Below, in pieces: positions 21,738 through 31,200 of a stretch of 64,000 nucleotides of DNA (positions within the stretch are counted from its first letter, which is position 1; each line of letters begins with the position of its first letter). The notes under the pieces were generated by a model that saw only the letters and a program-made list of their open reading frames with translations, ran no database searches and was not told the origin of the DNA. The stretch lies in contig CAXXLV010000002.1 in NCBI GenBank assembly GCA_963664305.2, positions 1,056,001 to 1,120,000 of the forward strand, given 5' to 3'. The DNA is from an uncultured Aliarcobacter sp. (GTDB lineage: Bacteria; Campylobacterota; Campylobacteria; Campylobacterales; Arcobacteraceae). Both the position numbers and the translations under genes were made by a program.

Positions 21738-22281
21738 ACTCTTTTATAAATTTATTATAATCTTCAATTTTTTCTTTTAATCTATTTGCTAAATATATAT
21801 TTGAATTTCCTAAACATGATAAGATAAAACTTGCTTCTTTTTGATAAGCTTTAATTTTTTCATTATCCCAATGTTTTGGTGGAATTCCTAAATTAGTTAT
21901 CCTATCAGCCAATTTTACCATTTGAATTTCATAAGGTTGAGTAAGCAATTTTTCTATACTATCTCTCATTTGCTCTTGCTTTGAAGTTAAACTTTTATCT
22001 TTAGTTAATGCTTCAACACCATTTGCAATATCTTCTCCAAATTTTACATATAATTCATCATAAGTAATATTTGTATCTTCAATTATATCATGTAATAAAG
22101 CACAACTTATTGCCAAATCTGCTTTTTTTTCATCTAATTTTGATTTTATACAAGCATTTATTACTTCCATTGCAACACAAGTTATATGAGCAATATAAGG
22201 ATAACCTTTTGGTGTTTTTTGCTCTCCATGAGCATTTGTTGCAAATTCAAGAATCTGAATATAATTTTCTTGAGAGAACAT
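21736..22281 (-). CDS. Stand-alone RelA/SpoT-type HD hydrolase (small alarmone hydrolase/Mesh1-like)
   Basis: AH..Q, PYIAH, ALLHDIIEDT, V..LTK, VKLADRITNL; no synthetase domain. Confidence 0.82.
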   Translation of the reverse strand: MFSQENYIQILEFATNAHGEQKTPKGYPYIAHITCVAMEVINACIKSKLDEKKADLAISCALLHDIIEDTNITYDELYVKFGEDIANGVEALTKDKSLTSKQEQMRDSIEKLLTQPYEIQMVKLADRITNLGIPPKHWDNEKIKAYQKEASFILSCLGNSNIYLANRLKEKIEDYNKFIKE

Positions 22282-22285
22282 AAAT

Positions 22286-23104
22286 CTAATCCTTTTTTTG
22301 TTGATTATTAATTATATTATCACTTTTTGAAAAACTTATTAATTCCTCTACTGTTTTAACAACATTTAAATCTAGATTTTCTAAACATTTTTTAAAAACT
22401 ATTGCAGTTGTAAGGGCATCATAATATGCTCTATGATGATTACTTACATCTATATTTAATAACTCTTTTAAAGAACTCAATCCATATTTTTCTGATTGTA
22501 TAGTTCTTTTTGCTAAATCAATTGTACAAAGTTTTCGATTTAAAAGTTTTCCTAAATTAAATTTTTCAAAAGAATCAGAAATAAATGTATAATCAAATTT
22601 TATATCGTGAGCAACAAAAACATCATCGCCTAAAAAAATTTTAAAATCTTGTAAAACTTTTTCTAATCTTGGGGCATTTTCAAGCATCTTTAGATTTATT
22701 TTTGTTACTTCTTGAACATAAGGAGGTATCTCTTTTGCAAAAACTAAAGATTCAAATTTATCTATAATTTCTCCATTTTTATACTTTACAGCTCCTAATT
22801 CAATAATTTGATAACCTTTTTTTGCACTTCCACCATTTGTTTCAATATCAACAATACAAAATATTTGTTCATTAATAGGTGTTTTTAAAGTTTTCAAACA
22901 TACAAATTCTTCTTCAAAATCTAATGGTAAACCATTTGATATTAATAACTCAAATTCAAGTTCAGGGTCTTCATAAATTGTATCATTTGCTTTTTCTAAT
23001 AAATCAAAAAATTCACTATATAAAATTGGCTCTTTAATTAATCTTTGTAAAATATTTTGCAATTTTATTTGTGGTTTAGGAATAACCCTTTTATTTGATT
23101 TCAT
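22286..23104 (-). CDS. DEDDh 3'-5' exonuclease (DnaQ-like)
   Basis: VDIETNG, IIELGA, FVAH...FD, HHRAYYDA. Confidence 0.88.
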   Translation of the reverse strand: MKSNKRVIPKPQIKLQNILQRLIKEPILYSEFFDLLEKANDTIYEDPELEFELLISNGLPLDFEEEFVCLKTLKTPINEQIFCIVDIETNGGSAKKGYQIIELGAVKYKNGEIIDKFESLVFAKEIPPYVQEVTKINLKMLENAPRLEKVLQDFKIFLGDDVFVAHDIKFDYTFISDSFEKFNLGKLLNRKLCTIDLAKRTIQSEKYGLSSLKELLNIDVSNHHRAYYDALTTAIVFKKCLENLDLNVVKTVEELISFSKSDNIINNQQKKD

Positions 23105-23687
23105 TTGCCTCTTTTACAAAATCAATCATTTTTTGTCTATCTTTTATCCCTTTAACTTCTGATTCTACGCCAGAACTTACATCAACACCATAAAAACCAA
23201 AACCATTTATCTCTTTTAAATTTTCAGTTGTTAATCCACCAGCAAGTATAAACCTAGAACAATCAATACTTTCAAACCAATCAAGGGCAATTCTTTTACC
23301 TTCTCCACCAAAACTATCAACAAAAGCATCAACTAAATAATACTCTTTATTTAAATTCAATAAATCTTTTTTCTCTTTAGCTCTGATTACTTTTATATAT
23401 TTAGGAGAAATTTTTTCATAATTTAAAACATCAAAATCATCTATAATTTGAGCTAATTGCATTTTTGCATCATTACAAACTTCATTGATAAATTCTTCTG
23501 TTTCATTTACAAATAAACCAACAGTTTGAACAAAAGGAGGAAGCTTTTCAGCAATCTCTTTTGCTTTTAATGGTTCAATATATCTTGGTGATTTTTTATA
23601 AAATACAAAACCTAATGCACTTGCACCAGCATTTATTGCCTCAAGTGCATCTTGCAGATTTGTTATTCCACAAATTTTTACTCTCAT
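23091..23687 (-). CDS. trpF: Phosphoribosylanthranilate isomerase
   Basis: VKICGIT, GFVFY.KSPR, ILAGGL..EN, GVDVSSGVE. Confidence 0.95.
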   Translation of the reverse strand: MRVKICGITNLQDALEAINAGASALGFVFYKKSPRYIEPLKAKEIAEKLPPFVQTVGLFVNETEEFINEVCNDAKMQLAQIIDDFDVLNYEKISPKYIKVIRAKEKKDLLNLNKEYYLVDAFVDSFGGEGKRIALDWFESIDCSRFILAGGLTTENLKEINGFGFYGVDVSSGVESEVKGIKDRQKMIDFVKEANEIK

Positions 23688-23688
23688 T

Positions 23689-24330
23689 TTACACCTGCAA
23701 ACTTTTTATAGCTTTACTATAATCATCATTCCCAAATACATAAGATCCAGCAACAACAACATCAACTCCAGCATCTTTTAGTTCATGAATATTTTTATCA
23801 TTAACTCCACCATCAACTTCAATTAGACAGTTTGGATTTCTTTTGTTTATTAACTCTTTTAATTTTTTTGCTTTTTCAATAACTGAAGGAATAAATTTTT
23901 GTCCTCCAAAACCTGGATTTACAGACATTAATAAAACCATATCTAAATCTTCTAATAAATACTCTATTGATTCAGGTGTTGAATGTGGATTTAAAACAAT
24001 TGCTGGTTTTATTCCATAATCTCTTATTTTTTGTATAAGTCTATGAGGGTGTTTTTCACTTTCAATATGGAAAGAGATATATTCTGGTTTACAAGGTGCA
24101 AATAAATCTACAAAAAATGTATTATTTTCAACCATTAGATGTATATCAAGTGGCTTTGTTGCAACTTTTGCAACAGGATTTACTACAACTGGTCCAATCG
24201 TCATATTTGGGACAAAATGTCCATCCATTACATCAACATGAATTAAATCACATCCACCATCACAAATAGCTTTTATTTCATTTGCTAAATTTCCAAAATC
24301 TGCAGATAATATAGAAGGTGCAACAAGCAT
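23689..24330 (-). CDS. rpe: Ribulose-phosphate 3-epimerase
   Basis: APSILSADF, HVDVMDGHFVPN, MSVNPGFGGQ, EVDGG. Confidence 0.97.
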   Translation of the reverse strand: MLVAPSILSADFGNLANEIKAICDGGCDLIHVDVMDGHFVPNMTIGPVVVNPVAKVATKPLDIHLMVENNTFFVDLFAPCKPEYISFHIESEKHPHRLIQKIRDYGIKPAIVLNPHSTPESIEYLLEDLDMVLLMSVNPGFGGQKFIPSVIEKAKKLKELINKRNPNCLIEVDGGVNDKNIHELKDAGVDVVVAGSYVFGNDDYSKAIKSLQV

Positions 24331-24453
24331 TGAAAATAACCTTTTTTTCTAATTTTTGCCGATTATATCATTAAAACTCTTTTATAATGTATAAAAATTT
24401 ATATATAATATTTTTTGATGTAAAATAAAAATAAAAAAATAAAATGGTAATTT

Positions 24454-25464
24454 ATGAAAAAATTTCTTCCTTTGCTTATTTGTAGTTTTTCCTTTGCAGA
24501 AGATGTAAGTAGTATATATCAAGAAGCTCAAAATCAAGAAAATCTTGGAAATTATAAAGAAGCTATGCTTTTATATAAAAAAGTTGCTGAGGCAAATATT
24601 TCTAAAGAAGATAAATATATTCTTGATTTAGCAAAAGACCAAGAACATAGAGTTGAAACTTTTACTACAATGAAAAGAGATTTTTATCAAAAACAAATTG
24701 ATAAAATAAAAGATAAAGAGACGGATGAAAATTTAGAACAAATTATCACAAAAGATTTTAATCTATATCCATATAAAAAAAATTATCTATTACCTGTAAA
24801 TTATAATTTTAATGATATTGAAAATAGAAATAATGTTGAAACAACTTTCCAAATAAGTGTTGAAAAACCTATTTCTTATAATTTCTTAGGTTTAAATGAA
24901 TCAATAAGTGCCGCTTATACTCAAAAATCTTTTTGGCAAACAACTGAAGATTCTTCACCATTTAGAGAAACAAATTATGAACCAGAAATTTTTATACAGT
25001 TTCCATATAAAGAAAATTCTGTTTTAAAAGCTTATAAATTATCTTTAATGCACTCATCAAATGGAAGAAATGATGAAAATTCTAGGTCATGGAATAAAAT
25101 ATATTTAGAAGCATACTACCAATTCTCTAATCTTTTTTTAATTCCTAAAGTTTGGTATAGAATTCCTGAAGAAAAAGGAAGTGATGATAATCCTGATATA
25201 GAAGATTATTATGGATATGGAGATTTAACTCTTTTATATGCTTATAAAAAACACACTTTTGAACTTCTTTTAAGAAACAACCTAAAGTTTAGTGATTCAA
25301 ATAAAGGAGCAGTTGAATTAAATTGGACATTCCCTCTTCCTGAATTTTTATCAACAAAAAATACTTATGGAATGTTGCAATTATTCTCTGGTTATGGGAA
25401 TAGTTTAATTGATTATGATAGAGAAATAAATAAGATTGGTTTGGGAATAGCTTTTTCTAGATAA
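24454..25464 (+). CDS. pldA: Outer membrane phospholipase A
   Basis: Signal peptide, YTQ.S.WQ...SSPFRETNYEPE, catalytic HSSNG...SRSWN, GYG.SLIDY. Confidence 0.93.
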   Translation: MKKFLPLLICSFSFAEDVSSIYQEAQNQENLGNYKEAMLLYKKVAEANISKEDKYILDLAKDQEHRVETFTTMKRDFYQKQIDKIKDKETDENLEQIITKDFNLYPYKKNYLLPVNYNFNDIENRNNVETTFQISVEKPISYNFLGLNESISAAYTQKSFWQTTEDSSPFRETNYEPEIFIQFPYKENSVLKAYKLSLMHSSNGRNDENSRSWNKIYLEAYYQFSNLFLIPKVWYRIPEEKGSDDNPDIEDYYGYGDLTLLYAYKKHTFELLLRNNLKFSDSNKGAVELNWTFPLPEFLSTKNTYGMLQLFSGYGNSLIDYDREINKIGLGIAFSR

Positions 25465-25471
25465 AAAGCTA

Positions 25472-25918
25472 TTATTTTAGATTTTTAATATAATAAAAAA
25501 TTGCTTCTATCTCTTCTTCAACTAAGAAGTAAGTAGGCATTACATTTGCATAATATATCAATTTATCACAAACTTGTTCTTTATCAAATTTAAAATTTGG
25601 ATTTTTTTTAGAATTAACTTTTACAGAAAATGTTTCATAATCAATATCTTTAATATCAGGTGCAACTAAACTACAGTTATACATCTTCTTTTCATGTTCT
25701 TGTTTAAATTCAACTATTTTTTTACCTCTTGCGTCATCTCCATGACACTTGTTACACCCTATTCCTCTTGGGTTATTATAAAGCATTTTTCCATATTCAT
25801 ATTTTGTAATAAAAGAGTTATTAATATCTAATTGTTCCGGAGTTGGAATAGGTGCAGGTTGTTCTTCTGCATTTAAAATTGAAAAAAATATTGAAAGAAA
25901 AAAAATCAATTTTCTCAT
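25472..25918 (-). CDS. Periplasmic monoheme c-type cytochrome
   Basis: Signal peptide, CNKCH heme motif, likely axial Met in VMPTY. Confidence 0.85.
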   Translation of the reverse strand: MRKLIFFLSIFFSILNAEEQPAPIPTPEQLDINNSFITKYEYGKMLYNNPRGIGCNKCHGDDARGKKIVEFKQEHEKKMYNCSLVAPDIKDIDYETFSVKVNSKKNPNFKFDKEQVCDKLIYYANVMPTYFLVEEEIEAIFYYIKNLK

Positions 25919-26500
25919 TTATAATCCTAACTCTTGTCTATTTTTTAAAAACCAATAAAAACTAAACATCAATCCTGGTGTTTTTGCTTTTTCTTCATCA
26001 AAAATAAAATCATCACATTCACTTAAAGGTAAAAAATGTAATTCAATTTGTTCATCATTTACTCCACCACCATTATGAATTTTCATTGTTTCATCAATCG
26101 TAGCAAAATATAGATATTGTCTTCCTCCACTAATTCCAACGTTTGTGTAAAAAGAACTAATTTTTAAAATATCATCTATATGAACTTTATATCCACACTC
26201 TTCATCAATTTCTTCTATAACTATCTCTTCAATAGATTTATTTTTATCAATCAATCCTGCACATAATTCATAAGTAAATGTTTTTGAATTATCATTTAAA
26301 TAAACTGGTGCTCTAAATTGTTTTACTAATAAAAAAGCATCTTTATCTTTATGATATAAAAGTATTGCAACACTGTCGTGACTTCTTACTGCTTCCCAAG
26401 TTTTTTCTTTTCCATTTTGATTAAAAGTAACTTTTACTGGATGAATAAATTTTGTATCTTTTAACTCAGAAATTCTAAAATCTTCAATTATATTTATCAT
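25919..26500 (-). CDS. NUDIX nucleoside-diphosphate-sugar pyrophosphatase (NudK/ADP-ribose type)
   Basis: LVKQFRAP, ELCAGLID...EEIDEECG Nudix box, GGG..DEQI; start placed at ATG 26500. Confidence 0.85.
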   Translation of the reverse strand: MINIIEDFRISELKDTKFIHPVKVTFNQNGKEKTWEAVRSHDSVAILLYHKDKDAFLLVKQFRAPVYLNDNSKTFTYELCAGLIDKNKSIEEIVIEEIDEECGYKVHIDDILKISSFYTNVGISGGRQYLYFATIDETMKIHNGGGVNDEQIELHFLPLSECDDFIFDEEKAKTPGLMFSFYWFLKNRQELGL

Positions 26501-26550
26501 AAATAATCTTTTATAAATTTTTTCGTATTCTAACAAAAAAAATATTCATT

Positions 26551-27735
26551 TTACTTTTGTAAAAAATCTTTAATAACAATCGAAGAAAAATCTATACTAA
26601 ATGTAGTTTCTTTATCAACTTCTGACTTTAAGTTTAACGTTAAATTATATTCATCACATATTCTTCTAACAATATCTAAACCTATTCCAAAACCACCTTC
26701 AATATTATTTCCTCTTTTATATCTTTTAAAAATCTCTTTTTGTTCTTCTTGACTAATTCCTATTCCAAAATCTCTTACTTTTAAGATATTTTTTTCTAAA
26801 AAAACCTCAATAACAGAATCTTTTTTACTATATTTTATAGCATTTGAAAGAAGATTATTTACAATTTTTTGTGTTTTTGTTCTATCCATTTTTATAAAAC
26901 AATCTTCTAACTCTGAATTTATTGTTATATTTTTTGTTATTGAAATATCGTTAAAAAATTCAACACTTTCACTAACCAATTCTTTTAAATTAAACTCTTC
27001 AAATACATCTTCATTTAATTCATTAAAAGCTGAAAAATGAATGTCATTATAGATTTGAGAAATCTGTTTTGAACTACTTAAAATATATTTCATCATTTTT
27101 TGAGGATTTTTCCCATTTTTCAACATAGAAACAGAAGTCATTAAAACTGAAATTGGTGTATTTAATTCATGAGCTGAATCTTTTATAAATTTATCCATTG
27201 CTTCAACTCTTTGTCTAACGGGATTTAATAAAATCTTCGATAATAAATATCCAATACAACCTATAAATATAGCACTTAAAAATAAAATCACTAAAATAAA
27301 AATCTGCAATTTATTTTTATTTTGAACTTCTTGACAAGTTTCTAAAACAATATATTTTATTGGAATATTTTCTTCATCTAAAGTTGTAATAAAGTAGTTA
27401 TAAAACTCATTTACATAACTGTTTTTAGAAAAATTCACATCGAACTTTTCATCTAAATATGAAAAAATTACTTTTTTATCTTTGTCAAAAAGTCCATATT
27501 TTATATTTATATTTTCCAATTTATTTGGATTAAACTTTTGATTTTTCATATGTTTATTAATAATTTCATTTTTTATATGCATTGAAGCATTGTGTAACTC
27601 CATAGTACAACTCTCTTCAAGCATTCTTGTTTCATTTTTATAATAAATATATAAAATTACTCCAATTAATAAAATTGCTGAAACTATATAAATAGTTAAA
27701 AAACTAATTAAAGCTTTTTTTTCATCTCTATTCAA
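26551..27735 (-). CDS. Sensor histidine kinase
   Basis: Two TMs, H-box HELNTP, NLLSNAIKY, DFGIG, GFGIGL. Confidence 0.93.
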   Translation of the reverse strand: MNRDEKKALISFLTIYIVSAILLIGVILYIYYKNETRMLEESCTMELHNASMHIKNEIINKHMKNQKFNPNKLENINIKYGLFDKDKKVIFSYLDEKFDVNFSKNSYVNEFYNYFITTLDEENIPIKYIVLETCQEVQNKNKLQIFILVILFLSAIFIGCIGYLLSKILLNPVRQRVEAMDKFIKDSAHELNTPISVLMTSVSMLKNGKNPQKMMKYILSSSKQISQIYNDIHFSAFNELNEDVFEEFNLKELVSESVEFFNDISITKNITINSELEDCFIKMDRTKTQKIVNNLLSNAIKYSKKDSVIEVFLEKNILKVRDFGIGISQEEQKEIFKRYKRGNNIEGGFGIGLDIVRRICDEYNLTLNLKSEVDKETTFSIDFSSIVIKDFLQK

Positions 27736-28387
27736 ATCGATATCCTATAGCTCTAATAGTTGTGATTTTTTCTTTACCAATAATCTCTCTTAAATTTTTT
27801 ATATAAACTCTTATCGTTGCATCTGTAGGCATTTCATCATATACCCAAATGTTTTGAAGTAACTCTTCATTTGAAATTACTCTACTTTTATGAGTACAAA
27901 AATATTTTAAAATATCTCTTTCTTTTTGAGCAAGACTGATTATTTTATTATCTTTAAAAATTTGGCAAGTTTGTGGTTCAAAAAATATATTTTCATCTAT
28001 TTTGATTTTACTATCCTGTTCTATTAGAAAGTGCCTACAAAGTTTTGATATACGTTGGTCTAATTCTTCTAAATCAAAAGGTTTTTTAATATAGTCATCA
28101 ACACCATTTTCAAAAGACTCTTTTAGATGTTTTGTATCTTGAAAAGCTGTAAGAATAATAATTGGAGTATTGTTTTTATATTCATTTCTTACTCTTTTTA
28201 ATACTTCAATTCCACTGATTTTTGGTGTATTTATATCAAGTAAAGCTATATCAAATTTTTTATCAATCAAACTTTCTAAAGCATCTTGACCATCTGTACA
28301 TAAAGTTACTTCATAACCTTTATCGACCAAATGTTCATTAAGTAAATCACTCAATGCTACATCATCTTCTAATAACAAAACTTTCAT
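27728..28387 (-). CDS. OmpR family response regulator
   Basis: LLLEDD, LLDIN, LTA, DYIKKPF, winged helix IRVYIKNLR...TIRAIGYRFE. Confidence 0.95.
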   Translation of the reverse strand: MKVLLLEDDVALSDLLNEHLVDKGYEVTLCTDGQDALESLIDKKFDIALLDINTPKISGIEVLKRVRNEYKNNTPIIILTAFQDTKHLKESFENGVDDYIKKPFDLEELDQRISKLCRHFLIEQDSKIKIDENIFFEPQTCQIFKDNKIISLAQKERDILKYFCTHKSRVISNEELLQNIWVYDEMPTDATIRVYIKNLREIIGKEKITTIRAIGYRFE

Positions 28388-28448
28388 ATAAAATCCTAGT
28401 ATATAATTTTTATTATATTAAAGTTTTGTTTATTTAGTGTGTATGTGA

Positions 28449-29237
28449 CTATTTAATTAATTTGAAAAATCTTAAAACTTTTCCTTGAATAACTACATAT
28501 AAAACTGAACAAAAAAGAGCTATTATTGTCCCATAAACTATACCTATTTTTGCATAAGCAAAATATACAACTAAAGAGTAAATAACAACTGAACTTAATC
28601 CATAAGGAGTATTTTTTATTACTGTTCTTGCTTGAAATCTACTATGTCTAAAATGAATTATTAACATCAAAGGTAAAAGAATAGTAGGAAAAGATGAAAA
28701 AATTCCTGCGATATTTGATGGTACATATTTTGGCAAACTTGAGATTATTAAAAATATAGAGATTGTTAAAAGTGACCTAAAAAATATATCACTTATTGAA
28801 GTTTTTATTTTTTTATCAATAACAAAGTTCTCTTTTTTTGCAAAATATATAGTTGCAATTAACATCAAAATTATAACAATAACAGGAGTTAAAACAACAT
28901 GTGGTGGAACATTTGCAAGAATAAATGCAATTATTAAATATGAAATAAAAGAGATAAGTAAAGATAAAAATATCTCTAACTTTCCTTTATAAAAAGTACT
29001 TGCGTAATAACCAATAGAAAAGGCTAAAGCTGCAAATAAGCCATGAATATTATATAAAGCAACTTTTGTTACGTAATCAACACCATTTTCTATTGCAAAA
29101 AATAAAAGAGTTATGGCACTTCCAACAGGAAGCCCAGATAAAATCCCAGAAATTCTAGGACTTACTTTTTCAGCAATAAAACTTAAACTTAAAACAAGTG
29201 ATACAACTGCGATTGATTTTATTATTAATAGTTCTAT
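28449..29237 (-). CDS. Multi-TM membrane protein with internally duplicated halves; non-canonical ATA (or ATT) start
   Basis: Frame stays open 123 codons upstream of the track ORF (IELLIIKSIAVVSLVLSLSFIAEKVSPRISGILSGLP...) to an in-frame TGA; AAAGGA RBS 6 nt before ATA; GILSGLP and GIFSSFP repeats. Confidence 0.7.
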   Translation of the reverse strand: MELLIIKSIAVVSLVLSLSFIAEKVSPRISGILSGLPVGSAITLLFFAIENGVDYVTKVALYNIHGLFAALAFSIGYYASTFYKGKLEIFLSLLISFISYLIIAFILANVPPHVVLTPVIVIILMLIATIYFAKKENFVIDKKIKTSISDIFFRSLLTISIFLIISSLPKYVPSNIAGIFSSFPTILLPLMLIIHFRHSRFQARTVIKNTPYGLSSVVIYSLVVYFAYAKIGIVYGTIIALFCSVLYVVIQGKVLRFFKLIK

Positions 29238-29269
29238 AATTCATCCTTTAAAATAAAGAATGAATTATA
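29235..29269. repeat. 16-bp inverted repeat over the RBS, start codon and -10 of the membrane-protein gene
   Basis: TATAATTCATCCTTTA-AAA-TAAAGAATGAATTATA; the single mismatch is a G.U pair on the minus-strand RNA. Confidence 0.8.
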
Positions 29270-29305
29270 TATTAATTACACATAAATTATATATAAGTAA
29301 GATTT

Positions 29306-29806
29306 TTATCTAAAGTTATCAAAAACTAAAGGAGCTTTTAGTTCTAAACTTCTTAAGTGTTTCATAATTGTTTGTAAATCATCAATATTTTTTCCAGTAA
29401 CTCTTATTTCATCACCTTGATTTACAGCTGTTACTTTTAATTTTAGGTTTTTAATCTCAGTTTGAATTTTTTTAGCTTCATCTTTTTCAATACTATCAAT
29501 TATTTTAAAAGTATATTTTCTATTTCCACCACTTGAATCTTCTTTTTTTATCTCTTCTAAAGAGTTAATAGAAATATTTCTTTTATTCATTTTTGAGATT
29601 AAAATATCCATCATTGCATCGATTTTATTGTCACTTGAAGATACTAATATTAAAGTTTTTGCTCCAATATTTAAATCTATCTCTTTACTAATTCCTTTAA
29701 AATCATATCTGTTATCAATCTCTTTTTGAGCTTGAATTACTGCATTTTTCATCTCTTGCATATCTAATTTTGCTGAAATATCAAATTGATGTTCTTTTGC
29801 TGCCAT
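29306..29806 (-). CDS. yajQ: YajQ family nucleotide/c-di-GMP binding protein
   Basis: FDIS, E.KNA..QA.KEI..RYDFKG, QGDEIRVTGK.IDDLQ, NFR; ATG start behind AAGGA. Confidence 0.93.
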   Translation of the reverse strand: MAAKEHQFDISAKLDMQEMKNAVIQAQKEIDNRYDFKGISKEIDLNIGAKTLILVSSSDNKIDAMMDILISKMNKRNISINSLEEIKKEDSSGGNRKYTFKIIDSIEKDEAKKIQTEIKNLKLKVTAVNQGDEIRVTGKNIDDLQTIMKHLRSLELKAPLVFDNFR

Positions 29807-29847
29807 TATTATCCTTTTCAATTATTTCATTAGATTCTAACATTATT

Positions 29848-31080
29848 TTATAAAGCTTTCGGTAAAACAAGATTCAAGAAGATACCAACCATTGCTCCAA
29901 GACCAATTCCGGCAAAAGGAACTCCACCAAAATTAAAAGTCATTCCACCTATTGAAAATACCAAAATCATAGAGACAATTGCCATATTTCTAGGACAAGA
30001 AAAATCAATATTAGCTCTTGATAATGTACTAATTCCTAAAGTTGCAATAATTCCAAAAAGTAACAACATAATTCCACCCATAACTGGAACAGGAATAGTT
30101 GCAAGTATTGCTCCAAGTTTTCCAACAAACGCTAATAAAATTGCACAAATAGCTGCCCAAGTCATAATTGCTGGATTATAAGCTTTTGTAACTGTAACAG
30201 CACCTGTTACTTCTGAATATGTAGTATTTGGTGGTCCACCAAAAAGCGAAGCAACTGAAGTTGCTAATCCATCACCTAAAAGCGTATTTTTTAGACCTGG
30301 CTTTTTTAAATAATCTTGTTTTGTTACACTTGAAATTGCTAACATATCTCCTATATGCTCAATAGCAGGAGCAATTGCGATTGGTAAAATATAAACTATT
30401 GCTTGCCAATTAAATTCAGGTGCAACAAAATTTGGCATTGCAAACCAAGCAGCTATTGAAACTTTTGAAAAATCTATTAATCCAAAATATAAAGAAACAA
30501 TATATCCTCCAATAATTCCCATTAAAATTGGAATTAATTTAAAAATACCTTTTCCTAGTAGTGATACTAAAATAGTAATTGTTAAGGCAATCATTGATAT
30601 TACAATTGCTTGATCAAATGGTACTAATTGAACTGCACCATCACCAGTTTTACCCATCGCCATATTAACTGCAACTGGAGATAAAATAAGACCAATAGAT
30701 ATAATTACAGGCCCAACTACAACAGAAGGAAGAAGTTTATGTAGAAACTCATCTCCTTTTAATCTAATTAGAAAACTAAGTGCTACATATAAAAATCCAG
30801 CTGCAACTAATCCACTTAGAGTTGCAGGAATTCCCCATGTTGCTACACCATAAGAAATAGGTGCAATAAAAGCAAAAGAAGAAGCTAAAAATATTGGTGG
30901 AACACACTTTCTATTTACAAATTGGAATAATAAAGTTCCAATTCCTGCTGTAAAAAGTGCAACATTTGGGTCAAGCCCAGTTAAAATAGGCACTAAAACA
31001 AGTGCACCAAAAGCTACAAATAAAAATTGTAGACCTAAAATCGAATCTTTAACTCTAAAGTTATAGTCTGTAGGTTTCAT
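29848..31080 (-). CDS. uraA: Uracil permease (NAT/NCS2 family)
   Basis: LQFLFVAFGALVLVP, FLASSFAF, EHIGD, GGPPNTTYSE; divergent from upp. Confidence 0.9.
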   Translation of the reverse strand: MKPTDYNFRVKDSILGLQFLFVAFGALVLVPILTGLDPNVALFTAGIGTLLFQFVNRKCVPPIFLASSFAFIAPISYGVATWGIPATLSGLVAAGFLYVALSFLIRLKGDEFLHKLLPSVVVGPVIISIGLILSPVAVNMAMGKTGDGAVQLVPFDQAIVISMIALTITILVSLLGKGIFKLIPILMGIIGGYIVSLYFGLIDFSKVSIAAWFAMPNFVAPEFNWQAIVYILPIAIAPAIEHIGDMLAISSVTKQDYLKKPGLKNTLLGDGLATSVASLFGGPPNTTYSEVTGAVTVTKAYNPAIMTWAAICAILLAFVGKLGAILATIPVPVMGGIMLLLFGIIATLGISTLSRANIDFSCPRNMAIVSMILVFSIGGMTFNFGGVPFAGIGLGAMVGIFLNLVLPKAL

Positions 31081-31200
31081 TATTACCTCTAATTTTTTTA
31101 TAAATTTTATAGTATCCAATTTTGCGTATTACAAACTTTAAATTTATGTATAACTTATAAGCAATTTTTTTGTAATATTAATCTTTTAAAAGGACTTAAA

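Noticed and set aside
15360..23687. trpC and trpF dispersed outside a trp operon
   Set aside because: Scattered biosynthetic genes are common in this lineage; no attenuator seen
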